Below, in pieces: positions 1 through 9,672 of a stretch of DNA of 64,000 nucleotides (its first letter is position 1; every line of letters begins with the position of its first letter). Location: NCBI GenBank assembly GCA_963774855.1, contig CAVZGT010000005.1, forward strand, positions 298,714-362,713, written 5' to 3'. The DNA comes from an uncultured Acidobacteriota bacterium (GTDB lineage Bacteria; Acidobacteriota; Vicinamibacteria; Vicinamibacterales; 2-12-FULL-66-21). The position numbers were made by a program, and so were the translations under genes. The notes under the pieces were generated by a model. That model saw nothing but the letters and a program-made list of their open reading frames with translations, searched no databases and was not told the DNA's origin.

Positions 1-2076
1 GAGCGCGAGCGCCAATGCCGTGCCGCCGAGCACGCCGAGCAGCAGCGTGTTGAATCGCCGCGGCCGGATCGAATCGCTGAGCGCCTGTTCGAGCGTCATC
101 ACGTCGTACACGGATTGGGAGCGATCGAGGCCGGAAACAATCGTGCGGATCGCCGGCGCCAGGTCGCGCGGGTCGCCGTGGGTACGGACCAGTCCGCCGA
201 GGCGATACAGGCCGCCATCCGTATAGGGCACGAACACCTCTGGGGCGACAGGCACGCCGAGCTCGGTGAACGCCGCATTCGCGACCACGCCGACGATCGC
301 GCGCGGCCCGGCCTCATCGACCTCGACACGCCGGCCAATCGGATCGCTGCCCGGGAAATCGCGCCGCGCCACGGCGTCGTTGATGACGACTACGGGCGCG
401 GGTTCGTCATCTCGCAGCCAGCGTCCGCTCAGCGTTTCGAGGCCGAGCACGTCGGCCAGCCCGGCGGACGTCGACGTTATCAGCGTCGACGAGCGAGCCG
501 TCTGTTCTTCCGAGGTGGCCGGCGGCCCCCCTTCGACCTTCAGCACGCTGATCGAATCGCCGTGCGTGGAGAGCGAGACGCGGCGAACGCCGGGCAGGGC
601 CCGCAGCCCGTCGAGAAAGCTCGTGGCGTAGGCCTTGCGCTGCGCGGCCTCCTCGTAGCGAGGCCCCGACAGCTGGACGTTGAGGACGAGCACGCGATCG
701 GGGTGGAAGCCGGCTGGGTAGGCGTGCAAGCGCCAGAAGCTCTTGAGCAGCAGCCCGGCTCCCGCGAGCAGCACGAATGCGAGGGCAATCTGCGTACCGG
801 CCAGCCAGAGCGCCAGGCGCGGACTCCGCGTCGCGGTCGACTGCCGCCCGGATTCGCTCAACGCTTCGGCCGGGCGCGTGGTCCAGAGCGGCACGAGCGG
901 ACCGCACGCGAAGAGACAAGCGCTCGCGACGCCAATGGCGGCCATGCACACCACTACCCTCGTGTCGATCGTCGCTTCCGCGAGACGCGGGATCGCGTGC
1001 GGCACCAGCGCGATCGCGGCGCCAATGCCCCAGCGTGCGAGAACGAGCCCCGCGCCGGTGCCGAGCGCCGCGAGCACCAGGCTCTCGACAAGGAGCTGAC
1101 GCGCGAGCCGCGCGCGCGTCGCCCCGAGCGAGGTGCGAACCGCCATTTCGCCCCGCCGCCGCGCCGCTCGCCCGAGCAGAAGGCCGGCAATGTTGGCGCA
1201 GACGATCAGCAGGACGAACGTCACGGCCAGGAACAGCACGGCGAGACCGCGCCGCGCGCCGCCGACGAGCTCCTCCGCGAGCGGGGACAGGATCAGCTGC
1301 GCCGACTGCCCGCGGCGTTCGGGATTGGCCCGCGCGGCGCTGGCGCGCAGCACGTCGATCTCCGCTCGCGCCTGCTCGAGGCTCACGTCCGGCTGCAGGC
1401 GCGCGACAACATTCAGCAGCTGCATCTCACGGCCGGTCGTTTGGACGCGCATCACGGAGAACGCGTCGATGGGCTGGTGATCGGGCAGCCACGGCGACGG
1501 TGGAAAATGGAAACGGAAATCGCGCGCGAGCACGCCGACAATCGCCGCCGGGCGCCCGCCCACGGTGACCCGGCCGCCCAGCCGCGCCGGATCGCCCCCG
1601 AGGATGCCCTCGAAGAATCGGTGCGACACGACCAGCGCCGGTCCCTCGGTCGCGGTTGCCAGTCGACCGTGCTCGAGGCGCGCGCCCGACAGCGACCAGA
1701 AGTCGTCGGTCACCTGCGCGACGCGCGCTCTGGCGGCCGTGCCGGATGCGGCAATGGTCTCGTCGCCGATGCTGTAGGCGACCATCCGATCGAACGACCG
1801 CGCGTGCGCCTTCCAGTCGGCGAAATCGGGCCCGACGACCATCGCCATCGGAAAAGGCGATTGGTCGTCACGCGTGGCCACCCAGACCAGGCGATCCGGA
1901 TCCGGCGCCGCCAACGGGCGCAGCAGGACCGCGTTGACCAGGCTGAACACGACAGCGGTCAGGCCGAGACCGAGCGCCAGGGTCACGATTGCCGCCGTCG
2001 TCATGAGCGGCGTCTGACGGAGTATCCGCGCGCCGTGGCGCGCGTCCTGAGCCGCTTGGGAAAGCCACCTCATCAT
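1..2076 (-). CDS. ADOP-type MacB/FtsX-family orphan permease, 3' end cut by window edge
   Basis: Not in the ORF track because it has no stop inside the window. The reverse strand from ATGATG at 2076 reads MMRWLSQAAQDARHGARILRQTPLMTTAAIVTLALGLGLTAVVFSLVNAVLLRP. This is the same N-terminal signature as the other five permeases here. The frame is still open at base 1 (..RRFNTLLLGVLGGTALALAL). The plus ORF 115..2082 is its Arg-rich antisense shadow. Confidence 0.85.
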   Translation of the reverse strand, partial: MMRWLSQAAQDARHGARILRQTPLMTTAAIVTLALGLGLTAVVFSLVNAVLLRPLAAPDPDRLVWVATRDDQSPFPMAMVVGPDFADWKAHARSFDRMVAYSIGDETIAASGTAARARVAQVTDDFWSLSGARLEHGRLATATEGPALVVSHRFFEGILGGDPARLGGRVTVGGRPAAIVGVLARDFRFHFPPSPWLPDHQPIDAFSVMRVQTTGREMQLLNVVARLQPDVSLEQARAEIDVLRASAARANPERRGQSAQLILSPLAEELVGGARRGLAVLFLAVTFVLLIVCANIAGLLLGRAARRRGEMAVRTSLGATRARLARQLLVESLVLAALGTGAGLVLARWGIGAAIALVPHAIPRLAEATIDTRVVVCMAAIGVASACLFACGPLVPLWTTRPAEALSESGRQSTATRSPRLALWLAGTQIALAFVLLAGAGLLLKSFWRLHAYPAGFHPDRVLVLNVQLSGPRYEEAAQRKAYATSFLDGLRALPGVRRVSLSTHGDSISVLKVEGGPPATSEEQTARSSTLITSTSAGLADVLGLETLSGRWLRDDEPAPVVVINDAVARRDFPGSDPIGRRVEVDEAGPRAIVGVVANAAFTELGVPVAPEVFVPYTDGGLYRLGGLVRTHGDPRDLAPAIRTIVSGLDRSQSVYDVMTLEQALSDSIRPRRFNTLLLGVLGGTALALAL

Positions 2077-2314
2077 GCGTGAGATTGTAGCCCAGCCGTC
2101 CCGGGCCCATTGCCGGCTCCGAAGGCGAAGTGGTGGCTGCCATCACATCACCTCTCTTTGACAATCACCTCTCCTGAGCTTGACCGCCTCTCTGGAGGGG
2201 GTGTAGCTTGCTTCGACTTTGACGGCTGTTGGCCAGCGGCGGGAGACACTTCGCCGCGCGTGTTGCCCCTCGACGCGTGCGGCTGAGGGGATATCGATTC
2301 AAAGGGGGACGACC

Positions 2315-4102
2315 ATGTTCTCTGCAGGCTCTCGAGGCCCAGGCGGCCCCGATCTCCATCTCCTCCTCTCGCTCACTGCCACGATCCTGGCCTGCGCTGT
2401 TCCGAGCGAGGCCCAGACTCGGACCACGCCCGAGCAAATAGTGAGCTACTCCACCATCCACTCCATCGGTATCGAATGGGGCATCTCGGGCGACACCAAT
2501 CACAACGCCACCGTCAACGTGCACTATCGGGCCCAGGGCACGAGGAAGTGGAAGGCGGCGTTGCCGCTCGTCCGGGTCGACAACACCTACAACGGCAACG
2601 GCTTTGCGGGGAGCATCCTCTTTCTCGACCCCGACACGACCTACAAGGTCCTGCTCGAACTTTGCGACCCGGACGAAGAGGCACAACACCGCGGGCACGC
2701 ACGGGATTGCGGAGGCGAGCTCGGCGATGGCGACCAAGCCGAGGACTTTGCGCGCGGTGGCTCCGATGGCCGCCGGATGTTGACCGTCGCGACGCGGCCG
2801 CTGCCCAGGTTGCCGAACCACGGCAGGAGGTTCCACGTGGTGCCGGGGTCGGGCGGCGGTGACGGATCCTGGAGGAGACCTTTCCAGGGGATCGCGGCGG
2901 CCCAGGCCGTTGCTCGGCCGGGAGACATCTTCTTCGTCCATCCCGGCAGCTACGGGGGGCGACCGACCTTCAGCGTGCCGGGGGTCGCCGGCAAATACAT
3001 CGTCTGGATGGGGGTCGGCGATGGTGAGGCACTCTTCACCGAGGGCTTCAACCTTGGGGCCAGCCACGTCTGGGTTGAGGGCTTGACGGTCAGGGATCAG
3101 CCCTTCGCCACGTTCTCGCTGGATTGCCCGTCCGACGTGGTCGTGAGACGGAACTTCTTCTACAACAATCACTACAACATCTATCTCCAGCGCGGTGGCG
3201 AAGGCTGGTATATCGCGGACAACACGATCGTCGGGGATGAGGAGCCCGCCGGCGAGAGCTTCGACGGCGAAGGGATCGAGCTGAACGGGTCGTTCGCCGC
3301 GTGTGGCGCGAACAACCACACGGTCGCTCACAACAGCATTACCCGTGTCGCCGATGGGATCTCGACGCCGGGAACCAACGTCGACATCTTCGGCAACGAC
3401 ATCTTCGACACATCCGACGACGGCATCGAGACCGACGAGGGGCGGACCAACGTCCGGGTGTGGGGCAACCGCATCCATAATGCCGTGCACAACGCGTTCA
3501 GCTTTCAGCCTCAGATTGGGGCGCCCTGGTACTTCATCCGCAATCAGGTCATCAACAACCTGGAGGACATCGCCAAGTACCGCACGTGGGACCGCGCCGT
3601 GTTCCTGCACAACACCTTCGTCCACTGGACGGATGGCACCACCGGCGGGGCGCACGGCCAGCTCCTGTCGATCTCCCGCAACAACCTCTGGATCTCGGTC
3701 AACGGGGGGCAGCTCTGGTGGTTCTTCGGGACCATCGACTGGCGCACCGACCTGGACTACGACGGCTTCGACTGGGGTGAGTCCACCCGCCCCTTCTTCC
3801 ACAACGGCACGACCTACACCAGCCTCGAGAGCTTCAGCGCCGGCACCGGCCAGGAGGCGCATGGCATCCGGATCTCCCACCAGACCTGCATTCCGACGAT
3901 GGACGTTCCGGGCGACTCGCCGATGACCGTCCCGCCGCAGCATCTGGTTCTGGCGCGGCGCTGCCCGGCGATCGATGCCGGCGCGATCCTGCCCAACATC
4001 AACGATGGCTTTCGCGGACGCGCACCGGACCTGGGCGCCTACGAGCGCGGCCAACCGCTGCCGACCTATGGTCCGCGTCCGGGACGGTGGCGATTCGACT
4101 GA
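2315..4102 (+). CDS. secreted right-handed parallel beta-helix repeat protein (pectate-lyase-like fold)
   Basis: ORF 2219..4102. The likely start is ATG 2315 behind AAGGGGGA, giving a signal-like MFSAGSRGPGGPDLHLLLSLTATILACAVPSEAQ. Repeated beta-helix turns are present: NFFYNNHYNIYL, YIADNTIVGD, HTVAHNSITRVADGI, VDIFGNDIFDTSDDGIE, VRVWGNRIHNAVHNAF. Confidence 0.75.
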   Translation: MFSAGSRGPGGPDLHLLLSLTATILACAVPSEAQTRTTPEQIVSYSTIHSIGIEWGISGDTNHNATVNVHYRAQGTRKWKAALPLVRVDNTYNGNGFAGSILFLDPDTTYKVLLELCDPDEEAQHRGHARDCGGELGDGDQAEDFARGGSDGRRMLTVATRPLPRLPNHGRRFHVVPGSGGGDGSWRRPFQGIAAAQAVARPGDIFFVHPGSYGGRPTFSVPGVAGKYIVWMGVGDGEALFTEGFNLGASHVWVEGLTVRDQPFATFSLDCPSDVVVRRNFFYNNHYNIYLQRGGEGWYIADNTIVGDEEPAGESFDGEGIELNGSFAACGANNHTVAHNSITRVADGISTPGTNVDIFGNDIFDTSDDGIETDEGRTNVRVWGNRIHNAVHNAFSFQPQIGAPWYFIRNQVINNLEDIAKYRTWDRAVFLHNTFVHWTDGTTGGAHGQLLSISRNNLWISVNGGQLWWFFGTIDWRTDLDYDGFDWGESTRPFFHNGTTYTSLESFSAGTGQEAHGIRISHQTCIPTMDVPGDSPMTVPPQHLVLARRCPAIDAGAILPNINDGFRGRAPDLGAYERGQPLPTYGPRPGRWRFD

Positions 4103-4191
4103 GCGGCCACGCGTCTTCTAATATCCCCCGTTCGATGTCCGGAATCGCGGCCAACGCCGTTGCCGACGGGCGTCCCTCACGCTGACTCACC

Positions 4192-4236
4192 TTGACATTC
4201 TAGGTGAGCGAGGGTAACCTCGACACCTAGGATGTC
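4192..4236 (+). promoter_or_regulatory. sigma70-like promoter of the padR-permease operon overlapped by a 13-bp inverted repeat (candidate PadR operator)
   Basis: TTGACA (4192-4197), 17 nt, TAACCT (4215-4220). The ATG is at 4232, so the mRNA would be nearly leaderless. GACATTCTAGGTG (4194-4206) and CACCTAGGATGTC (4224-4236) are inverted repeats (12/13). They cover the -35 box and the start codon. Confidence 0.5.
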
Positions 4237-4588
4237 TACCAAAAGAACCGACCACGATCGCCTCGAGCTGCTGCAGGGCACGCTGGACCTGCTGGTGCTC
4301 AGGACGCTACGCCTCGGACCGGCGCACGGGCACGCGATCGCGAAAGCGATCGAGCGGGGTTCGGATGATGTGCTGCAGGTGGAGCAAGGGTCGCTGTACC
4401 CGGCCCTGCACCGCCTGATCAAGCGAGGATGGATTACGTTCGAGGACGGCACGTCGGAGAACAACCGCCGCGCCAAGTTCTATCGCCTGACCGCCAAGGG
4501 CCGCAAACAACTCGAGATTGAAGCCGGCCGGTGGGACAAGCTGGCTCACGCCATCGCCCGTATCCTCCGCCCGGCAGCACAGGAGTGA
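4232..4588 (+). CDS. PadR family transcriptional regulator
   Basis: 118 aa with the PadR winged-helix signature: [56 protein letters not shown]. It lies directly upstream of a permease, the usual PadR-ADOP pairing. Confidence 0.9.
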   Translation: MSTKRTDHDRLELLQGTLDLLVLRTLRLGPAHGHAIAKAIERGSDDVLQVEQGSLYPALHRLIKRGWITFEDGTSENNRRAKFYRLTAKGRKQLEIEAGRWDKLAHAIARILRPAAQE

Positions 4589-4595
4589 CAGCAGC

Positions 4596-7253
4596 ATGAT
4601 CCGCGGCAAACACGCACTGGACGGGCTCGACCAGGACATCCGCGAACACATCGAGCACGAAACTCAGGACAACATCGACCGGGGCATGACGCCCGCGGAG
4701 GCGCGCCGGCACGCGCTGCTCAAGTTCGGCAACATCGCGCTCGCCGCCGAGGACACGCGCGCCGTCTGGATGTGGCCACGGCTCGACGAGATGCGGCAGG
4801 ACATCGGCTATGCGTTCCGGACCCTGCGCAGGAATCCCGGGTTCGCGGCCGTCGCGGTCCTGACGCTGGCGCTCGGCATCGGCGCGACCACCGCGATCTT
4901 CAGCGTCGTGTATGCGACGCTTCTCAAACCGCTGCCCTACACGAACCCGGACGAGCTGGTAGCCATGTCCGTGTACATCCCGCAGTTGCAAGCGAAGTTC
5001 CCAAGCATGCCGGTCCGCCCGGTTGATTTCGAAGAGTTTCGTCAGTCGAACAGCGTGTTCTCCGGTATGGCGGCGATTCGCGAGCGGGATTTCAACCTCA
5101 CGGGGGGCGGCGAGCCGGAGCGATTGTACGGCGCCCGCGTCTCCGCGAGTCTGTTTCCGTTGCTGGGCGTGCAACCCCAGCTCGGACGCACCTTTCTGGC
5201 GGAGGAGGACACGCCGGGGCGCGATGCGGTCGTGCTGATCAGCCATCACTTGTGGACCAGCCGCTTCGGCGCCGACCAGGAGGTCGTGAACCGGACGCTT
5301 TCGCTGGATGGACAACCGCACGTCGTCGTCGGCGTCATGCCGGCGGGATTCCTGTTTCCGGCCGGAAAGCAGCTCCACAGCCACGTCGAGCTCGGCCCAC
5401 GCATCGACGTGTGGAAGCCCATGGCGTTCACCCAGAGCGAGCTGGCCCCCGAGAACATGAACCAGTTCAATCGGGGTGTGATGGCACGCCTGAAGCCTGG
5501 AATCTCACGTCAGGAGGCGCAGACCAACCTGGATGCGATCGCCCAACGCATCGGAAAAGGAATGCCCGCGACGATCCCTGGAGGGGTCGACGTCGATCTG
5601 CGCACGAGGATTGTGCCGATTCGCGACGTCTTTGCCCGCGACGTCCGACAGGGCCTGGTGATGCTCATGGGCGCGGTCGGATTGCTGCTCGTGATCGCCT
5701 GCGTCAATCTTGCGAACCTGCTGCTGGCGCGGCTGAGCAGCCGATCCCGGGAACTGGCCACGCGTGCGGCGGTAGGTGCATCTCGCGGCCGGCTGATGAG
5801 GCAATTGCTCACCGAGAGCGTGGTGCTGGCGACGCTCGGGGGTGCCGCCGGGCTCCCCGTTGCGATCTGGGGTACCGCCCTGCTCTTGTCGTTCGGCCCG
5901 GCCGATTTCTCGACGGCCGAGTCGATACCGCTCGGCCTTCCGGTGTTCCTGTTCGCGATGAGCGTGGTCCTCGGTGTCGGACTCGCGGTCGGGCTCATCC
6001 CGGCGCTCTCGATGGGCCGTGCCAACCTGCCGGGCAATCTCACAGAAGGCGGCCGTGGGATGAGCGCAGGCAGGCGAACGGGTCACCTGCGCCGGGCGCT
6101 CGTCACGGCTGAAGTGGCGCTGTGCGCATTCCTGCTGGTGGTCGCGGGTCTCTTGCTCCGCAGCTTTGTGAACCTGATGGATGTGAACACGGGATTCGGG
6201 GTCGAGCGAGTGCTTTCCGTCGATCTCGCGTTATCGGGAGAGCGGTACGGGGGCAGTCAAACCGTCGCCTTCTATCGAGATCTGCTCGACACCGTACGGG
6301 CACTGCCTGGCGTCACATCCGCGGGAGCCATCAATATCCTGCCACTGACGTCCCAGGCCGAAGGCAACGTCACACCGATCTATCTCGAGAGCGACACCGA
6401 GCAGCGGCTCGATGGGCCCGTCGCGCAGTATCGCATCGTGACCCAGGGATATTTCGCGTCCATGGGCATTTCACTCGCGGCGGGCCGATTGTTCGAGACG
6501 CAGGAGCCCGCATCCGTGATTATCGTCACCGAGGCGCTGGCACGGGGGCTCTGGCCGGGTGTCTCGATGCCGAGCGTTGTCGGCCGGCGCGTTCGGATAG
6601 GCGAGGTCACGGACGATCCCGTCGCCATCGCGGGCGTGGTTGGCGATATTCGGGCGGCCGCGCTCGACCGCGAACCCACGCCGGCGATCTACGTGCCGCA
6701 TACACGCAACCGAGTGCAGGCGATGACCCTCGTGATTCGCACGGCCCGCGAACCAGAGACGATCGCCGCGGCGGTCCGCGCCGAGGTGTGGAACCGCGAT
6801 ACTGCCGTTCCGGTCACCGTGAAGACGATGCGCGACATCGTGTCGGCTTCGGTCGCGCCGCGCAGGTTCCAGATGGTCATGGTGCTGCTGTTCGCGACGC
6901 TCGCGCTCGGTCTCGCGCTGATCGGCGTCTACGGTGTCACGAGCTACGCGGTGGCGCGTCAAACCAAAGAGATCGGCGTCCGTATCGCATTGGGCGCCCA
7001 ACGCCCGGTCCTGTTGCGGTCCGTGCTGGCGCAAGGGCTGCGACCGGTTGCGGCCGGCCTTTTCCTTGGCCTGCCGGCCGCCGTTGCGGCGGCGACCGCC
7101 ATGCGGAGTCTTCTGTTCGGGATTGGGCCGCTGGATCCCGTTGCTCTCTGCGTGACGTCGGTTGCGCTGCTGGTTACGGCGGCGATAGCGTGTTACCTGC
7201 CTGCTCGGCGTGCTGCACGGGTCGATGCTGTGGTCGCACTTCGCGCCGAGTAA
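4596..7253 (+). CDS. ADOP-type MacB/FtsX-family permease
   Basis: ORF 4518..7253. ATG 4596 lies 8 nt after the padR stop. Leader: MIRGKHALDGLDQDIREHIEHETQDNIDRGMTPAEARRHALLKFGN. TM1: AAVAVLTLALGIGATTAIFSV. A large periplasmic domain and two FtsX-type TM blocks follow (TKEIGVRIALGAQ .. VDAVVALRAE end). Confidence 0.9.
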   Translation: MIRGKHALDGLDQDIREHIEHETQDNIDRGMTPAEARRHALLKFGNIALAAEDTRAVWMWPRLDEMRQDIGYAFRTLRRNPGFAAVAVLTLALGIGATTAIFSVVYATLLKPLPYTNPDELVAMSVYIPQLQAKFPSMPVRPVDFEEFRQSNSVFSGMAAIRERDFNLTGGGEPERLYGARVSASLFPLLGVQPQLGRTFLAEEDTPGRDAVVLISHHLWTSRFGADQEVVNRTLSLDGQPHVVVGVMPAGFLFPAGKQLHSHVELGPRIDVWKPMAFTQSELAPENMNQFNRGVMARLKPGISRQEAQTNLDAIAQRIGKGMPATIPGGVDVDLRTRIVPIRDVFARDVRQGLVMLMGAVGLLLVIACVNLANLLLARLSSRSRELATRAAVGASRGRLMRQLLTESVVLATLGGAAGLPVAIWGTALLLSFGPADFSTAESIPLGLPVFLFAMSVVLGVGLAVGLIPALSMGRANLPGNLTEGGRGMSAGRRTGHLRRALVTAEVALCAFLLVVAGLLLRSFVNLMDVNTGFGVERVLSVDLALSGERYGGSQTVAFYRDLLDTVRALPGVTSAGAINILPLTSQAEGNVTPIYLESDTEQRLDGPVAQYRIVTQGYFASMGISLAAGRLFETQEPASVIIVTEALARGLWPGVSMPSVVGRRVRIGEVTDDPVAIAGVVGDIRAAALDREPTPAIYVPHTRNRVQAMTLVIRTAREPETIAAAVRAEVWNRDTAVPVTVKTMRDIVSASVAPRRFQMVMVLLFATLALGLALIGVYGVTSYAVARQTKEIGVRIALGAQRPVLLRSVLAQGLRPVAAGLFLGLPAAVAAATAMRSLLFGIGPLDPVALCVTSVALLVTAAIACYLPARRAARVDAVVALRAE

Positions 7254-7494
7254 CCACGAGGGCCCGGGCTGTCACCACCCTTCGCTCCGGTTCCGGGCGA
7301 AGGTTGTCCGCCATAGCTTTCAAAGCACTTCAATCATCGTCCTGGACATTCTTTGCGATTAACCGCGTGTCGCGCCATGTGTGCGTCACCGAGAGGCTCT
7401 GGATGGTGGAAGATAGAGGACAGCAACACCTTTGACCAACGACCACGCGTCTGTCCTGAAGAGGTTGCTCAGCACGATGGATCGTGAGGGCGCA

Positions 7495-9124
7495 ATGAAG
7501 TCGTTCAATCTGACTCTACTCTCCCTGATGCTGCTGGCTGCGTCCCCGGCCTCCGCCCAGCCGCATCAGCACCAGGCTGCGGCGCCGCTGCCGCCCGATG
7601 TTGCCCAACCGATTCACCTCTACAAGGCCGGGCTGGGCATCTTCTCGCGCAAGATCACGACGTCGAATCCCGAAGCGCAGGCGTTTTTCGATCAGGGGTT
7701 TCAGCTGATGTACTCGTTCGCCAGGCGCGAGGCGATCCGGTCCTTCCGGGAAGCGTGGCAGCGGGATGCCGGTTGTGCCATGTGCTACTGGGGTGAGGCG
7801 TGGGCCTGGGGGCCGAATCTCAACGAGCAGATGGTTGCGGAGCAGTCGGGCTTCGCCTACGCCGCCATCCAGAAAGCCCTCGCGGTCAAATCGACGGCGT
7901 CCCCCGTCGAGCAGGCGTTCATCGACGCCATGGCTGTGCGGTATGTCGAGACCTTCGATGCATCGCCACGGATCGATCGGGACAGGGCTTATGCCGGGGC
8001 GATGGGCCAGGTCTACGAGAAATATCCCAACGACCTCGACGCGGGAACGCTCTACGCCGACGCGTTGTTCCTCCTCGAGCCGCGCCCCGGGCCGGCCCCC
8101 GGACGGCGCCCACGGCTGTCGAACCTCGACGCGCCCAACACCAGGCGCATCCACGAAGTACTGGAAGCGCTGCTCGCTCGAGACCCGAGACACCCCGGGG
8201 CCTGCCACTGGTACATCCACGCGACCGAGGCGACGTCGAAGGTCGGCCAGGCACAAGCGTGTGCCGAGTACCTCGGCAAGAGCATTCCGGGCGCCAGCCA
8301 CATCAATCACATGCCGTCGCACACGTTCAACGAGGTCGGGCGCTGGGGTGATTCGGTGCGTGCCAACATCGAGGCGTGGCATTCGGATCTCAGGGCCGTT
8401 GCCGGCGAGGCCGTCGCGATTTACCCGACGCACAACCTCCACATGCTGGTCTACGCCGCGTCCATGGACGGACAAGGCGCCCTCGCGATGCAGGCAGGCA
8501 AGGACTACGCGAAGTTGACCGGCAATACCGGTTACCAGGCGCTCACGATGATCCGCTTCGGGCGTTTCGACGAGGTGCCGGAGGTCACGAAGCCGCCGCG
8601 AGGGGACATTGCCGGGGCGATGTGGGAATTTGCGCAGGGCTATGCCTCGCTTCGCGCCGGCCGTGAAAACCCGGCGCGGGAGTCACTGATGCGGCTGCGG
8701 AGCGCGGCGGAGACGTCGCAGGAGACTTTCTCGTCGGCGCGCCATCCGGCGCCGCGCCTTCTCGGCCTGCTCGCAGGCATTCTCGAAGGAGAAATCGCAC
8801 GCACCGCGGGCGAACATGGCGGCAGCACGTGCCGCGTTCGAACGCGCGGTGGCGTTGGACGATGCGCTCGACGTCGACGAACCCGAGCCGATTCCGTTTC
8901 CGGCGCGGCACTGGCTGGGCGCCCTGCTGCTCGAAACCGGCAGTCACGCGGACGCCGAGCGCGTGTACCGCGAGGATCTGAAGGAGCATCCACACAACGG
9001 GTGGGCGCTGCTCGGGTTGCAGAAAGCACTGGCCGCCCAGGGCAAGCCGATCGGCGATGTCGACGCCGATCTCGAGCGCAGCTGGAGCAGGTCGGATACG
9101 TGGATTCGCGCGTCGCGGTTCTAA
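7495..9124 (+). pseudogene. secreted helical-repeat (TPR-like) protein, one frame break near 8810
   Basis: Signal peptide from ATG 7495 (MKSFNLTLLSLMLLAASPASAQ). The sequence then reads AQAFFDQGFQLMYSFARREAIRSFREAWQRDAGCAMCYWGEAWAWGPNLN.. up to ..GEIARTAG. After that the listed ORF turns Arg/Gly-rich. The sensible continuation is ORF 8816..9124 in the next frame: MAAARAAFERAVALDDALDVDEPEPIPFPARHWLGALLLETGSHADAERVYREDLKEHPHNGWALLGLQKAL. The break sits at GGG 8808-8810. Confidence 0.7.
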
Positions 9125-9161
9125 ACGTCAATCCGGCCAATCCTGTAAGATCGCGTTGTCC

Positions 9162-9560
9162 ATGCGCCGGCTCTACGTCCGTCTGACGACCGTAATCTTG
9201 TGCGCGTCGGTCGCCGCGTGCGGATCGCGTCTGCTTCAGATCACGGCGATTCAGCTCGGCCGGGCGTTGAATCCTGACCGCTCCGTCTCCGAGTTCACCA
9301 CCGTCTTCACGCCGCAGGAGACCGTCTACTTGTCCGTCCTGACGACGGGCGGCGGATCCGGAACGATCAGCGTACGCTGGACGTACGGTGGAAAAGTCGT
9401 GGGTGAGCCAAAGAAGCACGTGGCGGACCGGGACGTCGCGGCGACCGAATTCCCGCTGCAAAGCGCCGGAGGACTTCCACCCGGGCCATACACCGCCGAA
9501 GTCTTTCTCGACGGGAAGTCCGTCGGCACGAAAACGTTCCGGGTTGAGGGAAGCCGCTGA
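9162..9560 (+). CDS. small lipoprotein, function unknown
   Basis: Within ORF 9057..9560. ATG 9162 gives MRRLYVRLTTVILCASVAACGS, a signal peptide with a lipobox Cys. About 130 aa, beta-rich. Confidence 0.6.
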   Translation: MRRLYVRLTTVILCASVAACGSRLLQITAIQLGRALNPDRSVSEFTTVFTPQETVYLSVLTTGGGSGTISVRWTYGGKVVGEPKKHVADRDVAATEFPLQSAGGLPPGPYTAEVFLDGKSVGTKTFRVEGSR

Positions 9561-9563
9561 GAT

Positions 9564-9661
9564 TGGGTTCCACTGGGTTCCGCTGGGTTCCACAGGGTTC
9601 CGCAAGGTTCTGTTCCGCACGGTTCTGTTCCGCTAGGTTCCAGGTTCGGTTCCGCGCGGAA
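9564..9661. repeat. 10-bp phased GGTTCC tandem array ending in a 12-bp palindrome
   Basis: tgGGTTCCac tgGGTTCCgc tgGGTTCCac agGGTTCCgc aaGGTTCTGTTCCgc acGGTTCTGTTCCgc taGGTTCC aGGTTC GGTTCCGCGCGGAA. Units are 10 bp or 15 bp. The terminal TTCCGCGCGGAA is a perfect palindrome. It lies between convergent genes. A second homologous array is at 28113-28225. Confidence 0.85.
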
Positions 9662-9672
9662 GCCGCAGCGAA

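Noticed and set aside
115-2082. 655-aa plus-strand ORF, the longest listed ORF in the first 2 kb
   Set aside because: Its composition is extremely Arg/Gly/Pro/His-rich and it has no recognisable motifs. It lies exactly antisense to a minus-strand gene whose translation is a textbook ADOP permease. It is a shadow ORF of high-GC DNA.
2165-4054. 629-aa minus-strand ORF
   Set aside because: It is the antisense shadow of the beta-helix protein gene. Its low-complexity Val/Arg/Asp/Gly-rich translation shows no domain signatures.
9564-9661. The GGTTCC arrays (here and at 28113-28225) as CRISPR arrays
   Set aside because: The repeat period is only 10-15 bp with no unique spacers. There are no cas genes in the window. 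The architecture is incompatible with CRISPR.
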